Assembly (NCBI GenBank): GCA_963771275.1
Contig: CAVYSW010000009.1
Span: 288,001-352,000, forward strand
Reading direction: 5' to 3'
Length of the DNA: 64,000 bases
From: an uncultured Gemmatimonadales bacterium
GTDB taxonomy: Bacteria; Gemmatimonadota; Gemmatimonadetes; Gemmatimonadales; GWC2-71-9
This document shows positions 1 through 8,174 of the stretch, in pieces. Within the stretch, counting starts at the first letter, position 1, and the number at the start of each line of letters is the position of its first letter. The position numbers and the translations under genes were made by a program. The notes under the pieces were generated by a model. It was not told where the DNA came from. It did no database searches and was given only the letters and a program-made list of their open reading frames with translations.

Positions 1-141
1 CTCGAGCGGGTTGGAATCCATCACGCGCTCCTCCACCTGCTCATTCGCCCGGAAGACGCCCGCCTGGCGGAGCATCTTGTCGACCAGCGTCGTCTTGCCG
101 TGATCGACGTGCGCGATGATGGCGATGTTGCGCAACGACAC
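1..141 (-). CDS. typA: Translational GTPase TypA/BipA, N-terminal part (runs off the window start)
   Basis: Manual translation from GTG at 141 gives [46 protein letters not shown], a TypA-type G1 region. Not in the ORF track because it is truncated. Confidence 0.92.
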   Translation of the reverse strand, partial: MSLRNIAIIAHVDHGKTTLVDKMLRQAGVFRANEQVEERVMDSNPLE

Positions 142-234
142 AGTAAAGCCTTGAAAAACAATCAGTTACAAAACGGTACCCTGCGCGAGTGGCGCAAGTT
201 TACCGGGGCCAGCCGCGATGCGCAAGCGGGTCCG

Positions 235-1140
235 TCAGACGGGAGCCGTCTCCCGGCAGCCGGGCTCCATTTCGAGCTGGACCGTCACATGATGGATACC
301 CAGCGTAGCCATGCGTTGCTCCACCATGGCGAGGACGTCGGTGGAGCGGGTGAGATCGTCGAGCACCGCGTGGCCGGTCATCGCCACCATGCCGCTCGTC
401 ACGGTCCAGACGTGGAGGTCGTGGACACCCGTCACGCCGGGAACGGTCGTCAGCGCGTGCTCGACCTTGGCGAGCGGGATGTGGCGCGGGGTCGCCTCGA
501 GCAGCACGTCCACGCTGTCCCGCAGCAGGCCCCACGCGCTCGCGAGGATGAGGAGCGCGATGGCGACGGAAGCAATCGGGTCCGCGGCGGTCCACCCGGT
601 GAGCGCGATGACCAGGCCGGCGAGCAGCGCTCCGACCGACCCGAGCAGGTCACCCAGCACGTGGAGGTAGGCGCCGCGCAGGTTGAGCGAATGGTCGTGG
701 CCGCGGCGCAGCAGCCTGAGCGTCACGACATTCGCGATCAGGCCGAGTGCCGCCACGACGAGCATCAGGCCGGAGCGCACCTCCGCCGGCTCGGCCACGC
801 GGCGGACGGCCTGCCAGACGATCGCGCCGGCGATCACCAGCAGCGCCGCGCCGTTCACCAGGGCGGCCAGGATCTCGAGCCGGAGGTACCCGTACGTGCG
901 GTGCGCGGTGGGCGGGCGCTGCGCGACCCACGCCACGAACAGGGCCAGGGCGAGTGACGCCGCGTCGCCCAGCATGTGTCCCGCGTCGGCGAGCAGCGCC
1001 AGCGAGTGGGCCAGCAGCCCGCCCACCACCTCGGCGAGCATGAAGAGCAGCGTGATCCCGAGGGCGAGGCCGAGCGCCCGCGAGTGCCCGGCGAGCCGGC
1101 CGGTGTGCGCGCAGTCGGCCGAGCGAACGCGCGGCGTCAC
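235..1140 (-). CDS. Cation diffusion facilitator (CzcD/ZitB-like Zn/Co/Cd efflux)
   Basis: Motifs SLALLADAGHMLGD, TYGYLRLEILAALVN, LNLRGAYLHVLGD and HDLHVW; hydrophobic TM pattern; start overlaps the pdxA stop. Confidence 0.92.
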   Translation of the reverse strand: MTPRVRSADCAHTGRLAGHSRALGLALGITLLFMLAEVVGGLLAHSLALLADAGHMLGDAASLALALFVAWVAQRPPTAHRTYGYLRLEILAALVNGAALLVIAGAIVWQAVRRVAEPAEVRSGLMLVVAALGLIANVVTLRLLRRGHDHSLNLRGAYLHVLGDLLGSVGALLAGLVIALTGWTAADPIASVAIALLILASAWGLLRDSVDVLLEATPRHIPLAKVEHALTTVPGVTGVHDLHVWTVTSGMVAMTGHAVLDDLTRSTDVLAMVEQRMATLGIHHVTVQLEMEPGCRETAPV

Positions 1141-2063
1141 GCGGGCCTCGCCGTCGCCCGCCGGCCGGCGAGCCGCACGGCCAGCTCCACCGCCGCGCGC
1201 AGCGAGCTTGGGTCGGCGATCCCCTTCCCCGCGATGTCCAGGGCCGTGCCGTGATCCGGCGCCGTGCGCACGAACGGCAGGCCCAGCGTCACGTTCACGG
1301 CGTGGCCGAACGCGGCCACCTTGATGGCCGTCATCCCCACGTCGTGATACGGCGCCAGCACGGCGTCGAACTCGCCCCTGAGTGCCCGCACGAACACAGT
1401 GTCCGCGGGGAGCGGGCCGGCGGCGCCGAGCGCCCGGGCCGCGGGGGCGAGCACCGCCGCGTCCTCGGATCCGAATAGGCCCGCCTCACCGGCATGCGGG
1501 TTGAGCGCGCAGACCGCGAGCCGCGGCGCGTCGAGCCCCCACCACTCGCGCAGCGCCGCGCGCGTGACCGCGCCGACCCGCTCCACCAGCCCGCGGGTCA
1601 GCGCGTCGGGCACGGCCCGCAGCGGCAGGTGCGTCGTCACCAGCACCACGCGCAGCCGCTCGTCGGTGAGCATCATCGCGACGTCCACGCCGCCCGCGAG
1701 CGCCGCGAGCCACTCGGTGTGGCCCGGGTAGGGAATGCCGGCAAGGTGGAGCGCGTGCTTCTCGGCGGGCCCCGTGACGATGGCGTCGACCTCACCGGCG
1801 AGCGCGAGGGCAACGGCGGTTTCGATCTGGGACTTCACCAGGAGACCAGCGTCGCGGGGGGAGCCGGTGAAAAGTGAAAAGTGAAAAGTGAAGCCACCGC
1901 TCCTTTCACTTTTCACTTTTCTCTTTTCACTCGTCTCACGTCCATCCACGTCGAGCACCACGTACTCCGCCCCCTCCGGGAGCCCGGCGGCGAGCACCTT
2001 GTCGACGATCTCGGGACCGATGCCGCGGGGATCGCCGGGCGTGATGGCGACGCGGGGGCGCAC
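1137..2063 (-). CDS. pdxA: 4-hydroxythreonine-4-phosphate dehydrogenase PdxA, carrying an in-frame palindromic insertion
   Basis: Motifs TPGDPRGIGPE, GHTE, LNPHAGE, PADTVF, YHD and TLGLPFVRTAPDHGTA. Start reassigned to GTG at 2063, just after the upstream PPIase stop. Confidence 0.93.
   Translation of the reverse strand: MRPRVAITPGDPRGIGPEIVDKVLAAGLPEGAEYVVLDVDGRETSEKRKVKSERSGGFTFHFSLFTGSPRDAGLLVKSQIETAVALALAGEVDAIVTGPAEKHALHLAGIPYPGHTEWLAALAGGVDVAMMLTDERLRVVLVTTHLPLRAVPDALTRGLVERVGAVTRAALREWWGLDAPRLAVCALNPHAGEAGLFGSEDAAVLAPAARALGAAGPLPADTVFVRALRGEFDAVLAPYHDVGMTAIKVAAFGHAVNVTLGLPFVRTAPDHGTALDIAGKGIADPSSLRAAVELAVRLAGRRATARPA
1867..1930. repeat. AT-rich heptamer inverted repeat, (GTGAAAA)x~4 / (TTTTCAC)x~4, inside pdxA
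   Basis: GTGAAAA GTGAAAA GTGAAAA GTGAAG, loop CCACCGCTC, then CTTTCAC TTTTCAC TTTTCTC TTTTCAC. About 26 bp of stem with one mismatch. Confidence 0.95.
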
Positions 2064-2073
2064 GCCGGGGCGG

Positions 2074-3426
2074 CTAGAGACGGACGACGACGAAGGTCCG
2101 CTGGCGCAGCTCATCGACGTAGCGGCGCACGCCGCTCCCGTCCGCGAGGTTGGCGCGGATACGATCGTGCAGCTCGTCGTACGAGTACTCGCCCTCCGGC
2201 CGCGCGCCGTCGAACCGGATCACCGCGTAGGCGCTGCGCGTGCCTTCCCCGATCGGCACGGGGCCGATGAAGTCGCCGGGAAGCGCGCCCGCGATGGCGC
2301 TCTGCAGCGCCTGGGGCAGGTCGGTCGCGGCCACGTCCTCGAAGATGGACTGCTGCAGCGGGTCGTGGTACCGGCGGGTGAGCGAGTCGATCGCCGCGCC
2401 GGCCCGCAACGCGGCGAGGACGGTATCGGCGCGCGCCCGCGCCGCTGCGCGGTCCGCGTCCGTGATCTCCGGGGTGAACAGGATGTGCCGGGCCATGATC
2501 TCCGTCGGCTCGAGGCGCTCGACCTGGATGATGTGGAACCCGAACGGGCTCTCGACCACGTCGCTGACCTGCCCGGGGCGCAGGCGGAACGCGACCGCCT
2601 CGAACTCGCGCACCATGTACCCGCGCCGGAACCATCCCAGCTCGCCACCCTGGTCGCGCGACGCGGGGTCGTCCGAGAACCGCCGGGCCGCCGTGGCGAA
2701 GTCCGCTCCCCCGCGCAGCTCCGCGAGCACCGAGTCGGCCCGCCCCCGGGCGACGGCCTTGGCGGCGGAATCCGCGTCCGCCCGGATCACGATCTGGCGG
2801 AACGACACCGTGGCCGGCCGCTTGGGCTGGAGCGCCTTGCTCGCCTCGAAGTACTGCCGGATTTCCTCCTCGGTCGGCGCGATCGAGCGGATCTCGTTCT
2901 TCTCCCGCAGCCGCTGGATCAGCTGCTGCTTGATCAGATCGCGGCGCACCTGCTCCGTCACGTAGCGCCGGTACTCCTCGGGCGTGCCCAGGCCGGCCTC
3001 CTGCAGCTGCTGCCGGTACTCGAGCTCCGAGTTGAACTGGCTCCGCGTCTGGCGGACCGAGGCCTCGACCGTGGATTGCACCTGCTGGTCCGTCACCTTG
3101 ACCGTCGTGTCGCGCGCGGCCTGCTGCACCAGCAGCTCGTCCTCGATCAACCGCTCGACCACCTCGGACCGCAGGGCGGCGTACTCGACGGAGTCCTTCG
3201 GCAGCGGGCGCCCGCTGCGCTGGCGCTCGGCGAGCATCAGGTTCACTTCCTCGTCCACGCGCGACATGGGAATCGCCACGGATCCGACGATCGCCGCGAT
3301 CCGGTCGATCGGCGAGAACTGCTGGGTGGGCGCCTGCGGGGCCGGCGGCTGCTGCGCCCCCGCGCCGAGCAGCGGGGCGGCGAGCGCGATCAATGCGAGC
3401 GCGGTGCGGCCGGCGCTAGTCCTCAT
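2074..3426 (-). CDS. surA: SurA-like periplasmic chaperone / parvulin peptidyl-prolyl isomerase
   Basis: Signal peptide MRTSAGRTALALIALAAP; SurA N-terminal IDRIAAIVG; parvulin motifs FATAARRFSDD..GGELGW and VESPFGFHII; lies directly upstream of pdxA. Confidence 0.8.
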   Translation of the reverse strand: MRTSAGRTALALIALAAPLLGAGAQQPPAPQAPTQQFSPIDRIAAIVGSVAIPMSRVDEEVNLMLAERQRSGRPLPKDSVEYAALRSEVVERLIEDELLVQQAARDTTVKVTDQQVQSTVEASVRQTRSQFNSELEYRQQLQEAGLGTPEEYRRYVTEQVRRDLIKQQLIQRLREKNEIRSIAPTEEEIRQYFEASKALQPKRPATVSFRQIVIRADADSAAKAVARGRADSVLAELRGGADFATAARRFSDDPASRDQGGELGWFRRGYMVREFEAVAFRLRPGQVSDVVESPFGFHIIQVERLEPTEIMARHILFTPEITDADRAAARARADTVLAALRAGAAIDSLTRRYHDPLQQSIFEDVAATDLPQALQSAIAGALPGDFIGPVPIGEGTRSAYAVIRFDGARPEGEYSYDELHDRIRANLADGSGVRRYVDELRQRTFVVVRL

Positions 3427-4849
3427 GGTTTCCCTCCGGGGCTGGCGACCCGGGGGGTTGGGACCCCGGCGGCGCGGCCGGCGCGATGGGCGTCGCCGGC
3501 GGCGCCGCACCCGGCACGCTGTCGAGCGCGAGGCGGATCTGCCGCGCGCGCTCGAGCACCCGCTCCACCCCCGCCGGCTCGATGGCCCACTGCACCTCCG
3601 TCCGCAGCCGGTCGGCCAGGGCCGCGGGGACCAGTTGCAGCCGGCGGCGGTTCTGCGACACCGCCTGGAGGTAGCCGAGCACGTGGGTCTGCACCAGCTC
3701 CTGACGGGCCGCGGCCGGGAGCGCGCGGTACGCCGGCAGCGAGTCGTTCGGGAACCCGAGCAGGGCGCCGAGCAGCGCCAGCTCCCGCCGGAGGGTGTCC
3801 GTGACGCCGTGAAAGAACTCCGGCGTCACGGTCATGCCGGTGGCCTTCGCTTCGCGGAGCAGGACCTCGTTGCGCATCAGGTGCTGCACGATGCCGGTGA
3901 TTTGCGAGTCGTTGGCGCCCGGCAGCCCCTGCCACACCTCGCGCGGCATGGCCTGCAGCCAGCGCGACAGGTCCGAGACGCGGAACTGCCCGCCCTTGTA
4001 CGTGCCGAGCAGCTTGCCGGACTGCTTGGCGCGCACCGGGTCCCGACCGATCTCCCGGACCGCCGGGCCGATGCCTCCCCGGACGCGCAGGTTCCAGCGC
4101 TGCGGCAGGCTGTCGAGATACCGTTCGTCGAACTGCGCTTCGAGCCGGCCTTCCACCCCGTCGCGAAACGCGTCGCGCACGTCCGCGAGCGGCGGGCGGA
4201 AGATGAGGTCGTAGCCGGCAGGGGTCTCGGTGACCTGCGAGATCTCGCCCGGCGCGAGGGCGAACGCCACGTTCTCGAACCGCTCCACCGTTTCGCCCCG
4301 CGCGATCACCCCGAGGTCGCCGTCTTTGGTCCCGCCGCTCGCCTTGTCCCACGTGACGGCACCGCTCAGCAGCTTCGCCCGCGTGTCTTCCGCCAGCCCG
4401 CGCTGCACCCGGCGGAGGTTGGGCGCCGCGTCCGGGCTCACGGCGAGCGTGATGTGCTTGATGAGCCGGTAGTCCCCGGCGGCGTACACGCTGTCCACCG
4501 CGGCCGAGTCGAGCCGCGCCGACTGGCCGATCAGGTGCTCGTGAAACCGGCTCGCGATTTCCTGCTCGATGTCGGCCCACATCGTCGCGGCCACGTGCGC
4601 CGAATCGAGCAACGAGTCGCCTGCGAGCAGCCGGTCGGCGAAGGTGGTGTAGTCCACCCAGAGCACGGACATGCCGTCCACGACGTCGCGGCGCACCGGC
4701 AGCTCCTTGCCCCCCGCCATGAGCTCCGCCAGCCGCTGCACGCCAAGCTCGTACTCTCCCACGCGGGCGACGGTATCGACCCGCGAGGAGAACGCCCCAC
4801 CGCATCCACTCAGCAATCCGGCGGCGACCGCCGCCACGACCCGTCGCAT
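3416..4849 (-). CDS. Lipoprotein with a parvulin-type PPIase domain (foldase-like)
   Basis: Lipobox LLSGC; GDLGVIARGETVERFENVAFALAPGEISQVTETPAGY; Pro-rich tail. Confidence 0.75.
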   Translation of the reverse strand: MRRVVAAVAAGLLSGCGGAFSSRVDTVARVGEYELGVQRLAELMAGGKELPVRRDVVDGMSVLWVDYTTFADRLLAGDSLLDSAHVAATMWADIEQEIASRFHEHLIGQSARLDSAAVDSVYAAGDYRLIKHITLAVSPDAAPNLRRVQRGLAEDTRAKLLSGAVTWDKASGGTKDGDLGVIARGETVERFENVAFALAPGEISQVTETPAGYDLIFRPPLADVRDAFRDGVEGRLEAQFDERYLDSLPQRWNLRVRGGIGPAVREIGRDPVRAKQSGKLLGTYKGGQFRVSDLSRWLQAMPREVWQGLPGANDSQITGIVQHLMRNEVLLREAKATGMTVTPEFFHGVTDTLRRELALLGALLGFPNDSLPAYRALPAAARQELVQTHVLGYLQAVSQNRRRLQLVPAALADRLRTEVQWAIEPAGVERVLERARQIRLALDSVPGAAPPATPIAPAAPPGSQPPGSPAPEGNHED

Positions 4850-4859
4850 GTGCGCTCCT

Positions 4860-7800
4860 TCACGTCGCCGGGACCGGCCGTTGGACCGCCGATCCGTCTG
4901 TCTCGCCGAGGGCGGTCCGCAGCGCGCGGACCAGCCCGTCTCCCATCGCCAGCCCGCCCAGCCGCGTCAGCCGGAGCGACAGCGGCACCGCGCGCCGCAC
5001 GTCGGCGGCGAACTGCACTTCGTCCAGCGCGGCGGTGAGGCCCGCCAGCCGCGGGCTGGCGCCCGCCCGAAACGTAAGCCGCGCCTCGTCACCCCGGACC
5101 AGAATCGTCTCCAGTCCCAGCCGGGCGCCAAGCGCGCGGAGTTCCGCAATGAGGAGGAGGCGGTCGGCTTCGGTGGGCAGCGGGCCGAACCGATCCCGCA
5201 GCTCCTCGCGTACGAGTGCAATCTCGCCAACTTGCGTGGCCCGCGCCAGCCGCCGGTACAGGTCGAGCTTCGCGTCTTCGTCGGGCACGTACGCGTCGGG
5301 CAGGTGCGCGCCGCCCTCGAAGGTGACGTCGGGCGGCAGCAGGCCCCCCTCGGACTCCCCCCTGAGCGCCCGCACGGCGTCCCCGAGCCAGCGCAGGTAG
5401 GTGTCCACCCCCACCGCGTGCGCGTGGCCCGACTGCTCCGCGCCGAGCAGGTTGCCGGCACCGCGCAGCTCGAGATCGCGCAGGGCGATGCGGTAGCCGG
5501 AGCCGAGCGCCGTGTGGTGCTCCAGCACGCGGAGCCGCTCCTCGGCGTCGCGATCGACCTGCTCCGGGGCGAGGAGATAGCAGTACGCCCGGCGATGCGC
5601 CCGGCCGACGCGCCCGCGCAGCTGGTACAGCTGCGCGAGCCCGAACTGCCCCGCGTTGTGCACCACCATGGTGTTCGCGTTGGGCACGTCGAGGCCCGAT
5701 TCCACGATCATCGTGGAGACCAGCACGTCCACCGCGCCCGCCACGAACCGCCGCATCACGTTCTCCAGCTCCCGCTCGCGCATCTGCCCGTGCGCCACCG
5801 CGACCCGCGCCCGCGGCGCGAGGGCCCGCACCCGCTCGCCCACCGTCGCAATCGTCTCGATCCGGTTGTGGACGAAATACGCCTGGCCGCCGCGGTCCAG
5901 CTCGCGCGCGAGCGCTTCCTCCAGCAGCCCGTCATCCCACGGCTCGACGAACGTCAGCACCGGCGACCGGTCGCGCGGCGGCGTCTCGATCAGCGTGAGA
6001 TCGCGCAGGCCGGACATCGCGAGGTGCAGCGTGCGCGGGATCGGCGTCGCCGTGAGCGTGAGCACGTCGACCTGCAGCCGCAGCGCCTTGAGCCGCTCCT
6101 TGTGCCGCACGCCGAAGCGGTGCTCCTCGTCCACGATCAGCAGTCCGAGATCGCGGAACCGGACGTCGCCGGACAGCAGGCGGTGGGTCCCGATCACCAC
6201 GTCCACCGCTCCGTCCGCGAGGCCGCGCAGCACCGCGGCCTGCTCCGCCGCCGTGCGGAAGCGCGACAGCACCTCGACGCGCACCGGAAAATCGGCGAGT
6301 CGCTCGGCGAACGTGCGGCCGTGCTGCTCCGCGAGAATCGTCGTGGGGACGAGCACCGCCGCCTGCTTGCCGGCCTGCACCGCCTTGAAGGCGGCGCGCA
6401 CCGCGACCTCGGTCTTGCCGTATCCCACGTCGCCCACGATCAGCCGGTCCATCGGGCGCGGCAGCTCCATGTCGCGCTTCACGTCGTCGGTCGCCGTGCG
6501 CTGGTCCGCCGTGTCCTCGTAGAGAAACGACGATTCCAGCTCGCGCTGCCACTTCGCGTCGGGTGGGAAGGCGTAGCCCACCGTGACCGCGCGTCGCGCG
6601 TACAGCTCCACCAGCTCGGCCGCCATCTGGCGGATCGCGCGCTCGGTCCGCTCGCGCTGGCGCCGCCAGCGCGTGCCCCCGAGCCGGTCGAGCCGCGGCG
6701 GCGGGCGGTCCCCGCCCTCGTCGGGCGCGCGATACCGCTCGATCTGGTCGATCCGGTAGAGCGGCACGTTCAGCCGATCGCCGCCCTCGTACTCGATGAT
6801 CGCGACCTCGAGCACCGTCCCCTCACCGACTGCGATCCGCTGGATGCCGCGGTAGATCCCGATGCCGTGCTCGAAGTGGACCACGTAGTCGCCGGGCGAG
6901 AGTGGACTCGCGGCGGTCTCGAGCGCCTGCCGGAAGCGCCGCGCCCGGCGAATCCGGCGGGCGCGGCGGAAGATCTCGTGGTCGGTGAGGACCGTGAGAT
7001 CGGGCAGCACGAACCCGCCCTTGAGCGCCCCGAGCGCCAGCGTGACCGTGGCCGGCAGGCGCGGGCCGCCGGCGTCGGCCGGGCCGAGGATCTCCTCGAG
7101 CCGCTCCAGCTGGCCCTCGTTGTCGCACAGGATCAGCGTGGGACCGGCGCGCACGAGCCGCTGCAGCCGGCGCATGTCGCGCTCCACCGACTCGGGCGCG
7201 AACACCCGGAAATCGTGGGCGCCCTCGACCTCCAGGAGCTCGAGCCGCGCGAGCCGGTCCCACGCCCCGCGCCACGCCTCGGGCGTCACGAACACCGTCT
7301 CGCGCCCCGGCACGTCCTCCCCCATGCGCCGCGCCACCTGAACGTGGTGCGCCGCCTCGTCCCACACGCGCTGGACCTCGGCGGGCGTCACGCCATCGTC
7401 CACGAACACCAGCGTGTCGGCGGGCAGCACGTCGAGCAGCGTGTCGGCCCTCACCCCACCCTCTCCCCCAGCCCCTTCCGCCCCTTCTGCCGCCCCGGTC
7501 ACGGGGAGCACCGTCACCCGCCCGACCTCGCCCTCCGAGCGCTGCGTGTCGAGATCGAACGCGCGAATCGAGATGATCTCGTCCCCCCACCACTCGATGC
7601 GGGCCGGCGCCGCCATGCCGAATCCGTAGACGTCGAGCAGGCCGCCGCGCACGGCGAACTGCGCCACGTCCGTGACCGACGGGACGCGCGCGTAGCCCAT
7701 GCGCTCGAGCCGCGCGATCACGTGGCCCGGCCGGTCCGTGTCCCCCCTCGCGAGCTCGAGCCGGGCCCGCGCGATCGCGGCCGGCATGCGGGTCCGCTCC

Positions 7801-8174
7801 GCCGTCGCCCGCGCGGTGGTGACGATGACGCGCGCCCGTGCGGCGAGGATCGCCGCGATCGTCTCGACGCGCTCGCCGGCGAGCTCATAGTGCGGCTCCT
7901 CTTCCCCGAACGCTTCGCGCTGGGGGTAGAACCGCGCCGCGTCCCCGAGCAGGACCGTGAGATCGGCGTGCCAGGCCTCGGCGTCACCGGGAGTCGCCGC
8001 CACGACCAGCACCACGCGCTGCGGGTCGTCTTCGGCGATCGCGCTCACCAGCACGGCGCCGCTCGACCCCGCGAGCCCACGCACCGCCAGACGCCCGCCC
8101 TGGCGCGGCACCAGGGGGCGGAGCGCCCGATAGGGCGACAGCGCCCGGAACGCGGACACCAGGCGGGGCAGCAT
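4860..8174 (-). CDS. mfd: Transcription-repair coupling factor Mfd
   Basis: FAVRGGLLDVY, CarD-like GDYVVHFEHGIG, GDVGYGKTEVA, DEEHRFG, TATPIPRTL, QLRGRVGR and a C-terminal TRCF domain. Start ATG 8174 overlaps the upstream stop. Confidence 0.97.
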   Translation of the reverse strand: MLPRLVSAFRALSPYRALRPLVPRQGGRLAVRGLAGSSGAVLVSAIAEDDPQRVVLVVAATPGDAEAWHADLTVLLGDAARFYPQREAFGEEEPHYELAGERVETIAAILAARARVIVTTARATAERTRMPAAIARARLELARGDTDRPGHVIARLERMGYARVPSVTDVAQFAVRGGLLDVYGFGMAAPARIEWWGDEIISIRAFDLDTQRSEGEVGRVTVLPVTGAAEGAEGAGGEGGVRADTLLDVLPADTLVFVDDGVTPAEVQRVWDEAAHHVQVARRMGEDVPGRETVFVTPEAWRGAWDRLARLELLEVEGAHDFRVFAPESVERDMRRLQRLVRAGPTLILCDNEGQLERLEEILGPADAGGPRLPATVTLALGALKGGFVLPDLTVLTDHEIFRRARRIRRARRFRQALETAASPLSPGDYVVHFEHGIGIYRGIQRIAVGEGTVLEVAIIEYEGGDRLNVPLYRIDQIERYRAPDEGGDRPPPRLDRLGGTRWRRQRERTERAIRQMAAELVELYARRAVTVGYAFPPDAKWQRELESSFLYEDTADQRTATDDVKRDMELPRPMDRLIVGDVGYGKTEVAVRAAFKAVQAGKQAAVLVPTTILAEQHGRTFAERLADFPVRVEVLSRFRTAAEQAAVLRGLADGAVDVVIGTHRLLSGDVRFRDLGLLIVDEEHRFGVRHKERLKALRLQVDVLTLTATPIPRTLHLAMSGLRDLTLIETPPRDRSPVLTFVEPWDDGLLEEALARELDRGGQAYFVHNRIETIATVGERVRALAPRARVAVAHGQMRERELENVMRRFVAGAVDVLVSTMIVESGLDVPNANTMVVHNAGQFGLAQLYQLRGRVGRAHRRAYCYLLAPEQVDRDAEERLRVLEHHTALGSGYRIALRDLELRGAGNLLGAEQSGHAHAVGVDTYLRWLGDAVRALRGESEGGLLPPDVTFEGGAHLPDAYVPDEDAKLDLYRRLARATQVGEIALVREELRDRFGPLPTEADRLLLIAELRALGARLGLETILVRGDEARLTFRAGASPRLAGLTAALDEVQFAADVRRAVPLSLRLTRLGGLAMGDGLVRALRTALGETDGSAVQRPVPAT
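7448..7496. repeat. Purine/pyrimidine-skewed tract with ~9-nt period, in frame in mfd (encodes GAAEGAEGAGGEGGVR)
   Basis: CCCTCACCCCACCCTCTCCCCCAGCCCCTTCCGCCCCTTCTGCCGCCCC. It shares GCGGCAGAAG with the 17755 repeat and CCCTCACCCC with the reverse complement of 21403-21422. Confidence 0.5.

Noticed and set aside
1137..2063. pdxA as a pseudogene because of the insertion
   Set aside because: The frame stays open and all catalytic and metal-binding motifs are intact.
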